Of a stretch of DNA of 64,000 bases, positions 25,201-39,041 are shown piece by piece. The first letter of the stretch is position 1; the number at the start of each line of letters is the position of its first letter. The position numbers and the translations under genes were made by a program. The DNA is from Monocercomonoides exilis PA203 (lineage: Eukaryota; Protista; Preaxostyla): assembly GCA_001643675.2 (NCBI GenBank), contig LSRY02000030.1:496001-560000 (forward strand), in the 5' to 3' direction. The notes beneath the pieces were generated by a model, which was not told the DNA's origin, did no database searches, and saw only the letters and a list, made by a program, of their open reading frames with translations.

Positions 25201-25620
25201 ATAAAAATAAAAAACAGGTAAAAGCATTATTTAATATTTTTTTGTTTGTAATGTTTGCTCAAACGTTGAACCGCAAGCTCCCAAGAACATGATTATGAAA
25301 AGAAATGAGGAAATACAAGTTAGTACAAACGAATCCAAATGCAAGCCCCACGATTGTTTTATCGAAAGTGCAAAAAAAACTGTAATAACAATTGCAACAC
25401 TTACATTGAATGCGCACAAGATCTTGAGGATCATCGAAACAATGAATTTGGTACACTCTAAATACTTATGATCATGGTATGAAAAAAAATTAAAGATATA
25501 TGAAACCATTTGATCCAGCCATTCAAAGCACTGAAAATTACGATCAAGCCTCACCGTTAAAAATCAATTAATAAATCGTTTTCGTCTCTGAAAAATAAAA
25601 CTAATTTGATCTTTTACCAT
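22218..25620 (-). CDS. Multi-exon polytopic membrane protein (~8 TM, two tetraspanin-like modules) with a charged and Ser/Pro-rich cytoplasmic tail
   Basis: Hydrophobic segments in ORFs 25231..25554, 24802..25137 and 22218..24743, separated by AT-rich intron-like gaps; a GTTTGTC donor near 24099 suggests another intron inside the long ORF. The start (ATG 25620) is tentative. Confidence 0.55.
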
Positions 25621-27229
25621 ATAAAATTCTTTTGTTATTTTATGAGTTTATTCATTTATCAGAGAAAATAAACAAAATTATTTGCTTGGAAAGTTTGAAA
25701 AATTTAAGTTCTTCAAATTTCCTATAATTAATCCATAATTATCCTTTCTATCTATTTTTTCTGTATCGTTTTTTATTTTATAGATAACTCAAAACGTGTC
25801 CTTCGACCTCAGTGGATCACATTTTTTTCTTCATTCCCTTCACTGAAGGATCTTTGTATGCATTTTTAATACAATCTACATGATTTAAGGCAAAATTCAG
25901 TTGTTTTAAGAAAAATCTTCAGTGAGTTGGCTTCAAAGGCTTTCTCACGAAGCCCGTCGCACAAATTACTAGATAAATGCAAAAGCGAATGGTTGTTGGA
26001 TTGTTTTGTGAATGGTTTGCTTTTCCCGAACAAGTCTGAAACATGGTGAAATCAGACAAACAAATTCATTTATGAAGTTATTCATTGTCCAAAATCCAAC
26101 GAATTTGACAAAACAAATATTTTGCACAATCTTGAAAAAAGTTTAAATGGAACATTCATGCTCATTGTCGAAAAAATTCTTCGATTATTGATCATCAATA
26201 TTTTGAAAAAATATCTCTCGAAAAGAAAAGAATTCCGATTCGAATCAGGAAGGAAGCAATCATTTTAAAGGAAAATGAGAAGAGATAATTTTCAACGCAA
26301 ACATCTATGCGACTGCTATTTTGTTCAAAAGAATTGCAGTACAAAGAAATAAACACCAATTTTTCGTTCTTCGAGAACATTTCAAATAATTGCTGATTGC
26401 TCTGTTTTTAATCTTTCCATTTGAATGAAGCAAAGATGACTGGAATGTGTTTGAAGTTAAAATGGAGAAATAATGAATTACATGTTTGATATTGCATCAA
26501 AGATTGCATGCACTTCAAAAATGCTTTTTAAAAATAGTTTGTTTTTTTTATTGTTTGTTTTTTTTAAGTTAGGATTTCAAAGTGTATTGATTTGTTTGAT
26601 ATTTATTTCATAATGAACGAATTAAAAGCATTTGCTGCAGTTTATCTGTGAACAAAGAAATGAGGCATTGACGTTTCTGGAACTTTCCAAACGTAAAAAC
26701 AAACATTTCCATGTTGAGTTTGCATGCAAAAATCATGATAATTATTTCTGATAACTGAGAATAAAAAGTTGAATCAGAACATGATGTTTTGCTGTTTCAG
26801 CTGAAGTGCTTCTAGCAATAGTTTGAGAACGAAAACAGACAGAATAAGAGAAAAGTTTGCTTAGCTGTTCATTTGTTTGCTTGACAATTTCTTTTTTTTT
26901 CCTTTCTTTCCTATTCTATATGATTTGTCAAACACATTATTTTTTGTTATTTTCCAATTTTTGTGATTCTTTTGGATTTACTGATTTTTGAATGCTCGCG
27001 TTCTTATCACAAGAATTGTTGAACAACAGAAAACACTTTTCATTTTCATTTTTTGATTCGATGACACCACCTTTCGTAATAACTCGATATATTCAATCAC
27101 ATTTTGCTTCCGAGACAGATGAAGAAGCAAAGAGATTGTGACAAAATCTGAATTTTCTTTTCATTAAGGGATAATGCAATTAAATTATATGTGAGGCGTG
27201 ATCTTTGTTTTCTTTTTTCCAAAATTGGA

Positions 27230-30200
27230 ATGAGAGTTGTGAATGCAATTGCAATCGTTGCACTTCTTTTGAACAGTTTGCTAATGGCCTCATCTAATTG
27301 TGAAGCAATAGACATTCTTAAGTTGACAGAAGGAAGGAAATCTATCAACATGATTGAAGGAGAGGCCAGAGTGAATAAAAGGCCAACAAGCCAAGAAAAA
27401 AGAGAACGGCAAAAAACATGGGGAATAAATGGTAACGTTCTTTCTCAGATTTGTACAGAAACGAGAGTAAAGAACTGTTCGATAAGCTTGAAAATGCTTT
27501 CTCTTTCTGCTGAAAATGACAAACACCTTATTGTGCTGAGGAAACAATCACAGTTACAACTCACAGCATGCACTATAATGTTTTTTGAATCTTCTGAGAA
27601 GAGTCCGATTTTGTGCGAAAGTGGAAGGATCAAACTTGTCAATATTTCGCTTTTGTCTCTTGCTTCTTCCTTCCAGATTTCCTCGTTGGTTTCAGTTCCT
27701 TGCCAAGCATATGATATGAACCGTGAAAGTGAACTAGAAGTGGAGAAGACATCGTTTTCGTCGTTTGCCTTGCTCTCCACTCCATTTTTTTGTTCTGACG
27801 GGTTTCTGCACGTGAAACTTGATGAGTTGAATTAATTGAACATTTCGGAAGTTGGATATGCTAACCATTTGCGAAGCGGGTTGCATTGCTGCAGAATGGA
27901 TGTCAAGGGATGCGAGTTCAATTCTGTGAGCAATGTGTATTATGGAGGGATTGTGAGCTCAATCAATTCTCGCGGAACATCCTTGTGCGCCTTCAACAGC
28001 TCATTTGGATCCTGCTCGAGAACACGTAATGTGGAATTTGAACACAATGAGTCGATGGATCGGGTGATTATCGAGAATGATCTTGCTTACACATTTATTT
28101 TCTGTGAATGGCATTCTCCAGGCGTTATTGACAGAGGAGCTGCAATTCTTTTACACGGCAGACCTGTTCTTCTCAATGTGTCACATTGTTTATTTGAGGT
28201 GTGGGATGGCTATGTTATTTTCCTTAAACAACAACATTTAATTTTTCACTATTTTTTTCCATTTCTTCTTTTATCGATTAGGAATGCAATGTCACTTATT
28301 ATTATGGAGCCATATATGCTGTTTACATTGACTCAGTGAAGATAAATGGAAGCAACTTCACACACTACTGTGTAATAGATAGACAAACTGAAGATGGTGG
28401 GGGAGGAGCTGTTGGATCAGATTCAAATAATGAGACAGTGATTTCTTCTTGCATATTTGAAAATTGCCAATCATCTTTTGGGATAGGGGCCTTATTTTTA
28501 CATAAAAATCAAAGTGCGGACAAAGAATATACAGTTTCGTCCTCAACATTTATAAGCAATAAAGCTGCTCATGTTGGTGGAGCAATGACGATAAGAGATA
28601 TTCAGAATAAGTTTTACATTCGTGATTGCTTGTTTGAAAGAAATAGTGCAAACAAAGGAGGGGCAATTCATTTTGAGAATGTTTTGCCAATTGAAAACAG
28701 CACAGCTCTTGTGCTGTATTGTCTGTTTGTGGATAATAAGGCAGAGATTGGGAATGATGTTTTGATGAACGATACTGCGAATATTAATTTCGCAAGATCT
28801 CCTTTTATTGATTGCTTTTCAACAAGAAAAGAGGAAGGAAGAGTCGTTCACGTAAATAGCACAGAGAATGTGCGCGATGAGTGGATTCCTGTTTTGAATT
28901 GCATTTATGTTTCACCAGAAGGAGAGGATACCCCTGTGTTGTGCGGACTGAGCAGTTCCTCTGCTTGCAAGAGCATTGGATATGTTGCACAGAAATGTGT
29001 ATCTTCAATTTCTATTCAGCTGACAACTGGAGTGCTTGAATCGGAAATTGCGACAGTAAGGATTGAGAATCAAGGACTAAATATAATTGGAGAAGGAGTT
29101 GAGAGTTCGACGCTGGTGAACAATCTGGGTGAGGATTGTTCAACATTTTTTGTGATTGGAGGAGGAACGTTGAGCGAGTCAGAAATGACAATAATGCAGC
29201 AAGGATTGGATCAATCGCTGGGGAGTTCGTTGTTTGTGGTGGGAGATGTTGGTGATCCGGGTGATTTGGAGAGAAGAGGCTCAGAGAAAGATGGGATGCT
29301 TATTGAAAGCATGTGTGATGTGAAGAGTACAGGAAGTGAAAATGATGGAAAAGCGTTTGGAAGGCCATGGTTTGTGGTGAAGAGGGGAAGTGCGGAGTTG
29401 AGAAACGTGAACGTGATGGATGGAGTATTTGAAGGATCGAGCGCCATGTTTCTTGGGAGTTCTTTGTCACAGATGACAATGATGGCGTGTAGTATGAGAA
29501 AGCTGAATCGGAGGGATAATGGGAGTGTTGTAATTGAAAGTGAAGATGGAGGCTCTGTCGAAGTGAACAATTGCTCCTTTATCGATTGCAATGCACCGAA
29601 CTCAGAGTGGGGAGGAGGGATGAGAGCAGTGTGTTTGCATCCAGAAGGAGCCCTGGTTTTGAAGAACAAAACAACGATAAGAAGCTGTTGCGCATCAATG
29701 GAGAGCGGAAGAGGAGGAGGAATTTGTGTAAAGGTTGATGGAGGAGTTGATGGATTTATGCTTGAAGAGATTGGGTTTGATGGGAACAAAGCAGCTATTG
29801 GGAGAGATGTGTATTTTGAGTGTGAAGATTTGAGTCAAAGTGTAAACAGAACATCTTTTGGATTTGCGGAATCGATTGAGGATCGGAAGAATTCGATGTG
29901 TGGAAGGGATTGCACATTTTTCAGGAGCAACACCGACTTGTTTGTATTTTTGAGCGGATATTTTGGAACAGAGATCAAAGCGGACAAGACAAATGGGAGA
30001 GATGAGATGTTTTGTGGGAGAGAAATTGCATGTCGCTCGCTGGAGTATTCGCAGACACGGCTGACTGGAACAGAGATGAGAACTATCAACATCAACATAT
30101 CAGCAACGATGGATGGGATCATTGAGCTGGAATGCCACACAATCAGCTCGATGGGGCAAGGTCTGGCAGATATTTTGATTGGAGTCGATCTGAACGAGGG

Positions 30201-33200
30201 AAGTAGTTGTGGGATGAATGTGAGAGGAAGAGCGTTGTTTGAGCAGATCAGATTTCAGCTGCCAATTTCTTTGGGAGAATCGCAGGAGGCACTTGTGCAT
30301 TGCTGCTCATCAGTTAGTTTTCTGAAACTTGTGGGGTGTGCATTTGTGGCAAAAGAAGAGAATGGAGTGCCTCTGAAGTATTGTCTGATATTGTCGTTGA
30401 GCGGAAAGTTTAATCTGACAAGATGCACTTTGAGTAATCTTTTGGTGGGGATTGCGCCTTTTTGCTTGGGAAGAGAGTGCGAGGTGTTGGTGAACGGGAT
30501 GATTGCACAAGAAGTTACAGTGGGCAAAGAATCGCTATTCCTGATTCCGCATGAGACTGATGAAGTTGTGGATGCATCTGTAAAAACATTTATCGTGGAG
30601 CACAGTGCATTTGAAGAAATACATACTGCCACAGGAACAGATACATCTGCTTTATTGTGTGTGGATCTCTGCAGAGAGCTTGATTTGAACAACTGCACGA
30701 TCAAAGGTGCTTTTTCAGAAGGAAGCAAGGAAGGAGGAGGAATGAAGGTGAGGATGGGAAGAGGAGGATTTCTGAGAGCAAGGGGAGTGTCGAGCGAAAG
30801 TGTTTCGAAAATTAGTCTGTGCTCATGCTCAGAGACAATCGGAAAAGGAGGATTTTTGTGGTTGAGTTGCGAAGATGACAACCACAACTATCAGCTGAGC
30901 AATCTATTGTTTGAGACGAACACAGCATCTGTGGGGAAGAATCTGTTTGTTCGATGCAGTGATCTGAATGAAACAACAACACGTGATAGATATAATCTGG
31001 ATATGAGTTTGTGGGAAAGAACAGGAAACGAGTTTGTTGGGGAAGATATTAACCGCGAGCTGTGGAATGAGACAGTGGATTTGATGTATTTTCTGGAGCT
31101 GTATGGAAGTGATGTTGTGAGTGTGTCATCGACAGGAGGATACGATGTGAGGGGGTGTGGGAGTTCTTTGTTGGCGTGCCGCACATTCTTGGTGGGGCAC
31201 AGCCATAGCACATCAAAAGGATCTCCACAGAAGAAGATAATCCTTGAGAATTCTGCAACGATTGGGGTAGTGAATGATTTGTCCTCATTTTGCATCTGCT
31301 CGATGGGGCCAGACAAAGCGAGAGTGCAGTTTGAAGAAAAGATAAAGAAAGGGGAGATTGGAGAGTGTGTGATGTTGAACACAAAAGAGATTGAATTTGA
31401 GTCAATCTTGTTTGTGCTTCCATCCAGATTTGAAGGAAGCATGAATACATTGATTTCATCAAAAGAACCAGAGGGGAAAGTTTGTCTGAGAAAGTGTGCA
31501 TTTGCAAACGAGACCTCAGCTCCTTTTTCGTTCCACATTGCGAGAATTGGAGAGGGTGTTTTGAGTATTGTTGAATGCAACATGGGTGAAATCGGATTTG
31601 GTGTTTCGCCATTTGTTTTGGGAGATGGAACAGCATCATCATTCAAATCGCTTGTTGTGGATAAGATTAAGCTGAGTGATGAGTCACTTCTGAAGATTGT
31701 GCACACAGAAAATGGACATCAATCGTGGACTCGGCAAAATACACAACATGGATCAATTGCCATGGGTGGATGCATCTTTCAGGATGTTTTGAAGGAAGGA
31801 GGGAATTCGGCAGGAATTCTGAGTAGCTTGTCTGGAATGTCTGTTGAGATTGAGGGATGTGAATTTGAGAGAGTTATTTCGAGAGAGAGCATCAGTGGAG
31901 GGTGCTTGAATGTGGTTGTTGGGAAAGGTGGCTGTTTGCAGATGAATGGAAGCGTGAATGGGTTTGAATGTGAGTGTGAAAGCAGCAGAAGCGGGAGGGG
32001 AGGATTTGTGTTTATCGAAAGCAGAGAGGAGGAGGATGGATTGAGCTTGGAGGGATTGAGATTCAGAGATAACAAAGCACATTCGGGAAGAGACATGTAT
32101 ATTATGTGTCAGGATCTGGTGGAGTCTGTGAGCAGCGTCACATTTGCGTTCGCACTGGAGATAGAAGAGGAGGAAAGAGGGAATTCGCTGGTTGGGAGAG
32201 ACGAAAGGAGGTTCAGAGAAGAAGAGGATTTGTTCATATTGATCACAGGATATTTTGGAGCGAATGTGATTGTGAGTGAGAAAAGAGGAGTTGACAATGC
32301 CGGGTGCGGGAAGGCAGTGCTTCCTTGTTGCTCGGTTGACTGGGGAGCGTCGCACTTGAACCGGGTTGGGAAGCAGCAAGTTGTGATTGAAGAAGAGGGA
32401 TGGGTTAATGGGGAAGTGGAACTAACGAATGTGATTGTGGAGGCAGCGAATGAAAGAGGATGTGCGATGAATGTGAATGGATCGGTGAGCGGAGAGAGTG
32501 CAGTTGTGATGATCACACGAGGATGCACTTTCAAGGATGTGGGGTTTGTTCTTCCTGGGAAGTTTGTGAATGGCTATAGGGTTGTTGTTGAAGGAGCAGG
32601 GGAGATGGAAGTTCTGGTGCTGTTGGAGTGTTCATTCAGGCAGGAGGAGATGAAGAAATTGGAAGCTGTTGTAATAAGTGTGTGAGAAGGAGATCTTTCG
32701 ATGGAAATGTGTTTGATTCAGTCGATATGTTCAGCAATTCCATTGATTATGGCGCCTTCATTGCTGATGAACGGGGAACAAAATTCGAGAATAATATGTG
32801 TGAGAAATAGTTTGTTTGAGGGGGTGGAAGGACAGGGGAGCAACGCAAGTGTGATGGGGTTAATGTTCGATGGGAAGATTGCTGCGAAGGTGGAGAACTG
32901 CACAGCGAGTGAGTGCGGTGGGGAGTGGAGCAACTGTGGAGGAGATGCGTTTGTAACAGTGCCAGTTGAAGGAGAATATGTAGTGAACAACTCAAAGGTG
33001 GAAAAGTGTTGGACAGAGAGAGGGAAGGGAGGAGGGATGTATCTGGATTGTGTGTCAAAGGAGCAGAAGCTGGCAGGGTTTTGCTTCATGGATGTGGTGT
33101 TTAAAGAGAACAGGGCTATGATTGGTCGAGATGTGTCTGTTCGTTGCAACTCAATATCTGAACAGATCAGCGAAAAGCAGTTTCAGATTGATTTTAGGGA

Positions 33201-36200
33201 GCCAGGGTTTGAGAGAAAGAATGCTGTTTGGGGGGTTGAGGCGAAGGATGGGGCAGAGGATGTTGATCTGATTCCACATGTTGTTGTGTATAGAAGCGAG
33301 GTTATTTTTGTGTGTGGAGAGATGGGGGAAGCAGGGGATATGAAAACATGTGGGAACAGAAGTTCACCGTGCGAAACTCTTGAATATGGACTGTCACATG
33401 TGATTGGGACGAGTTACAGCCAACTGCTGATTGACGGGTGGGCAAGGGTGAAAAGAAGTGGAAAGGCTGAGAGTGTGAGGGTGAGCAGTCTGAGTTTGGA
33501 AGAAAATGGGCGTGTTGTGTTGAATGAGAGTGTGGAAGAAGAGTGGGGAGAGTCCGCGGTTATGGAGTGTTGGGAGAGTGTTGCGGTGGAGCGGGTGAGT
33601 ATTGAGGTGGGAAACCTGTTTGAATGGAAAGGGGGAGCAATATTGAGTGTGAGATCTGGGACTTTGAGTGTGAGCCTGTGTGAAATGTGTGGGGCTTTGA
33701 TGAATGAAGCGATGAGTTACAGCTTAATTGAGAACAAGGGAGGCATCCTTCATTTGACTTCTTCATCCATTCATTCCCTGATGCTGAGCCAACCATTGAT
33801 TGCTTCATGCAACCAGACATTCAACGATGTTGGAAATGTGACGATGGAAAAAGTCAGCACGAGTGATGTTATATGTGCACGTTGTGGATGTCAGATGAGA
33901 TGGAGAAGAGTAGTGATTAGAGATATAAGCGGGGGAGGAGTGGTGAGTCTGAGCGAAGCTGAGTTTGAGGGAAATGATGTAAGAATGGAAAGAATGAGCT
34001 TGGAGCAGTCTGAGATAGTGTTTGACTGTAGAACAAAGATTGAATTGTTCTCGCTTACGGTGGAAGTTGTGTTTTTTGAGAAAGGATCAATGATTGAAGC
34101 GTTGGAGATTGAATGCGAAAGCTTTGCTTGTGCAAACAGTGAAATATGTTGGCTAAGTGTTGTTTTAGCAACGTTCAGAAATGTGTCGACAAATGCAAGG
34201 CAGAGCTCTGTAATGAATCTTCGCTCCACAGAATCCAATAATTTTGGAGTGGAGGTGTGCAATAACTCGTGTTGTTACTATTCTTCTGTTTCCGTCAAAG
34301 GTGAAATGGTTGGGATTTGGATGATGCAAAACATGAAATTAGAGAATTGCATATTCAGCGGGGATGGAAGTGGTGAGGAGAATAAAACAAAGAGGATGAA
34401 TTTTGAAAAAGTGAAGAAAGAAGGATTGTGCAGATGGAATGGGTCAATGGTTGATATTGAGAAAAGCAATGCGGAGATGAGGGAAACAACAATCAGAAAC
34501 AGCAAGGGAGGAGGGTTGTGGGTGAGTGGAGGAAGTGCGAGGATTGAAAATGGAAAGTTTGAGAACAACAACCCATCGATCGAGGGATATCCATCAGCAC
34601 GGAGGAATGTGATTTGTGAAGGGAATGGGGAGTTGAATGTTGTGAGTGTGAAAGGGGGAGATGGAATGTTGCCAAACACATCGTTGTGGATATTGGATGA
34701 GGGATGCGAATTGGGAGGGATAGCAGCTGAAAGAGCATCCCCCTTCTTTATTCCAATTCTTGAAGAGGTGAAGAATGTTTCTCAGCCAAATGGGGATGTG
34801 GAGTTGATGATTGCGGGAAAGCTGCTTCTGCCATGTGATTTGTCAGTGAAGATGAGCATGAAAAATGGGGATGAGGAGGAGATTGTGAGAAAAGGGATTG
34901 AAGAAGAAGGGTTTGTGTCAGAGAATGAGATTCACACATTTATTTCATGTTCAGAATGGGAGAAAGTGAGAGAAGAGACAGAAGTGAGTGCGTGGATTGT
35001 GTTTGGGAAAGGAGATTCGCCTTCATCAACAGAGCGATTTATTGTGAAGAACAGGAGTGAAAGTGTTGGAAAAGGAGATGAAAGGATTGCTGAAGGAGGG
35101 AAAGAAGGAAAAATCTCATGGGTTTTGATTGTTTGTATTGTGATCGTGGTAATATTATTAATTGTATCCATTATATTCATTGTTCGATGGAGAAAGGCAA
35201 AGAATGAAGCGAAAGATTTGAGAGAGATTGTGAATGATAATATCAGAAAAGATCCGAAGGCATTTGAGATGGTGACGATGGAGATGTCGCCTGAAGAGCA
35301 GTGGAGAAGAGCTGAGAGGGAGGCAGAAAAGAAAAATGAAGAGAGGATAAAAAAGAGAGTGTATGAGAAAAGCTTGGGACACTCGAAATCATCAGAACAT
35401 TTATTGAGCGAAAGTGGATCAACTGAATACATTTTGGGGAGAGATTCAGACAAGATTCCTCAATGGATGCTGGAAAAGGTTGATGAGGAAGAAGAAGAGG
35501 AAACAAGAAAGAGAACACCATCACCATCAATTTCATCAACTTCAACAACAGATTCAGATTCAACATTTGTTCGATCGGAGAGTCTGTGTCCAACCACTTC
35601 GTCGATGTCTAATCTGGTGGATGCAATGGCCTGCTCGTCTCCTCATGAGAAGCTGATTGTGGATCTGAGGGATTCACTGTTCATGTTGTTGCATGGAAGA
35701 AATAAGACGAAGGAGATGGCGATAGGCACTCTTCAGGAGAGGGAGCAAACAGCCGCACAGATCCTGTTCTGGGTGGCCAATCTGGCACTCCACTCGTTTG
35801 ATGAAATGGAAAATCCACTTTCTTCTCTTTCCACTTTGAGTCCACACATTGTTTTATTCTCAGAGCACATGGTGATCTGCATTGCCCTCCACTCGGACTG
35901 CTCTTCTTCTGATGATTCAGACTCATCATCCATATCTTCATCAACTGTTGTGACATCTGCAAGTGATGATGATGACGATGAAGATTCCCTTCCTTCATCA
36001 GCGTTTGAGGATGATGAATACAACAGAAAAGAGTGTTTGAGGTGGAAGGCACCAGAGCTGCTGATGAAGAAGATGGGAGCAACAAAGGAGTCGGTGGTAT
36101 TCTCGATTGGGATGATGCTGTGGGAGTGCTTGACTCTTCAAATCCCGTTTGGGGAGTATGAAGGGGAGGTGGCAGGGCAGAAGATTGTGAATGGGGAGAG

Positions 36201-36468
36201 GCCAGGGATGGGAGAGGCGGAGCAGTCGAGCTATCTGGAGCTGGTGAAGAAGTGTGTGTCGCAGGATTGGAGAGAGCTGGGGAGCCTGAATGAGTTGAAG
36301 AGAGAGTTCATTCAGCGGTTTCCGGCAGGATCGTTGATAATGACTATGACAGATGCGCTGTGCTGCTATTCGGCAGATGGGAACAAGAGGGAGCCCTCTT
36401 GTGGAAGTGGGAATGGAAACGGAGAAGGAACAGAAGGAAGCAGTCGGATTGTTCTTCTTGTGCAGTGA
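27230..36468 (+). pseudogene. Giant receptor-like gene (signal peptide, beta-helix-like repeats, TM, kinase C-lobe/pseudokinase), ~3,050 codons, with two in-frame stops
   Basis: ATG 27230 with hydrophobic leader; in-frame TAA 27833-27835; intron 28199-28281 (GTGTGG..TTAG); in-frame TGA 32683-32685; TM WVLIVCIVIVVILLIVSIIFIV; RWKAPE..VFSIGMMLWECLTLQIPF..GERP kinase subdomains VIII-XI. Confidence 0.8.
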
Positions 36469-39041
36469 GTGAGAGAAGAAGGCGAGCCATGTGGTGCATT
36501 TTATACACAGAAAAAAAAATTGGACAAATGATATTGTTGTTGTTGCTTGAGAGTGCTGTGGTGTCTTTTTGAATTTTTTTAAGCTGATTTTCAATTCTAT
36601 GAGTTTTTGTTTTGTTGTTAATTCTTTAATTATTCTTTGAAAATTCTTGTTTATATGCTTATATGTATGTTTGTATGTGTTAGCGATGTGATAGTTGGCT
36701 GTGTTTGGGATAAAAGTCTTTGTGTCTTATGTTTTGCTTGCTCCCCATCATCACTTCAGTTTGTTTCCTTTTCTTTTCAATAAATATTGAGAAAGAAGAA
36801 CTTGGAGTGTATTTTATAAATCGTGTCAGGCAGACGATGCACACAGCTCCATTGGCAAGGCAACAACAAAGCCGAATAATGCTCAATAATTTGCAAAATA
36901 TCAAAAACATGTGATGATGTTAGCAAACGAAGAGAAAGTTGTCTTAAGCAACAGAAAATGGATCTTCTTTGAAGTGAGCTGAATATGTTCCGACTGATAA
37001 AAAATAGTTTTTCAAAAACAAATAATTGACGTACAGATTTTCCAGAAATTGTATCAATCATTTTGTTTTTCAAATATAAAATTTCTATCTATAAACAATT
37101 TTTTAGGCAACAGCAGAACTGAACAAACAGATGATTAAAAATTCCTATTTGAGAACAGGACGCATAGCAGAACCGAGTGCAACAACACTACCATTCTGAA
37201 CTGAATTGTTGTTATCCCTCTGTAATTGTTGCACTTACCTCCGTTCCCTTTTCCTCTTTCTCTTCTTTTCCGTTTTCAACCAGTCCTGACAAAAATAAAG
37301 ATTACAGAAATTCATACGTCATTTCATAATCAAACATCTATTCATGAGTGGAGACTTTGATGATATTGACTGAATTATTTCTATTGTTAATTATTTCTCA
37401 AGAATTTTGATATTTTCATTTTTTCACATCCTTTTAATTGATAAATAAAAATTCGGAGAACCTAAACTGTGCGAATGAGAGGGAGACAATCAGCTTTTCA
37501 ATTTTTTTCACAAATGAAAAAAAGGATCAATGTCGAAGAAAAAAAGGATCAAATCAAAAAAAATCGCTTTCCTTCTTTGTATATTAACCTGTAGAATGCA
37601 ATCACAAATATTAATCTCAAAGTTTTCAAGTTCGAATTCATGTCTTATTTCATTTTTATCAAAGTGTATTGGACAATATATCTCAAGGAATGAAATAAAT
37701 GAAGCTGCAGAATTGTTGAAATTTTTCAAAAGCATGTTCTTTGATAGGGTTACACTTTCACCTCTGACCCTTTTTTTAACTCCCACCTTTTTATTTGTGG
37801 AGCTGGCTACGGCTTAATACAAGCCTGTAGCCAACAAAAAATAACTAGAAATGTTTATTTTAATATATTTTGCTTATACAGAAAAAATTTTTTAACGAAA
37901 ATTTTTTAACTTTGAGATCTCGGTATTTTTCAATTTTATTTTTTGATCATTAAATTGATGGTCTTTCCATGAATATAACATTCTGGAAGTTTAAAGGGAC
38001 ATCAACATTACACATCATACCCTTTTTATTGTTTTTATAACTTTTCACATTTCACAAGTTTCTTTTTCATCTGTTTTCTCATTTCATCCACTTTTCGAAA
38101 AAATGAAATTTTTTTAAGAACGATGAATTTTTAAAAAAAATTTTAAGATGATCATTTGTTAATATTAGAATGTTAATTATGTTGATATTCAAAAAAGTTT
38201 TTTACAAATTTGATTATTAACAGAAAAATGAAAAACATCAATTTCGGTAGTTTTGATTTTTACAGCCAGTAACATTTTTTCATCAAAAAATAATGTCAGT
38301 GCACAATAATATTTTAAGTTTTAAATGATATACAGCTTAAAAAATTTAAAAATTGCATTTCATTCAATCAATAATATTATTTTGATAGAACGCAGTGAGA
38401 GCAGGTTTGCTCCGAAATTATGAGTTTGATCTTTAAGTGTGGGTGGTTTTAGTGAGAACTTCGCCCTCCCAAATATGACGTGGAAAAAAGGAACAGATGA
38501 AAATATTGACAAAAACATTTGAACTATTGAAAAGAGTATTATGCATTGTCCGCTTCACTTCACCACCGACTTCGCCTTTTCGCTTTGGTCACGAGGATCA
38601 GAAGGCAGGGGACATGCCCCTCGGAGCTGTCTCCTGCAGTCCGTGCAGGGATCCGGAGAGGCGAGTGTTCCAAAACGGAGCAGAAAGAAAAACCACTCTC
38701 GCTTCCGAGAGGAGTGGAAAAGAAAACTGCACGTGATGTGCTCTGCCTCCCTCTCTTCTGCTGATCCAGCAGATCAACCCCAATCATCACACACTGCATA
38801 TTAAATATTTAATTCTTCTCCGTAAAAACAATAATAATCTGGTTTAGGAGTGGGATCATGTTTTCACTATTCATTTGTTCCCATGTTTCTCTGAACAGGT
38901 TCCAGGTTCACTCTTGTGACTTCGTACTGTTGATCTTTCTTTCTTCCCTTGAATATCTCGCTCCCTTTTTCTCGTCATATTGCTCCTAATATTTTTCTCT
39001 CTTTGGTACCCAGCTGCTTTGATTCTCTCCATCCGCGTTCG

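Noticed and set aside
27833-27835. TAA/TAG = Gln reassignment as known from the oxymonad Streblomastix
   Set aside because: ORFs of more than 1,200 codons contain no TAR, and genes end in TAA (46502) and TAG (19699); a single internal TAA is better explained by mutation.
36680-37790. Possible small spliced gene on the minus strand (GTAAGT donor near 37239; ORF 37508..37786)
   Set aside because: I could not assemble a consistent open exon chain or recognise any product.
37991-38010. TTAAAGGGAC as a possible Kolobok-like transposon end
   Set aside because: No matching inverted terminus found on either side of the DIRS insertion.
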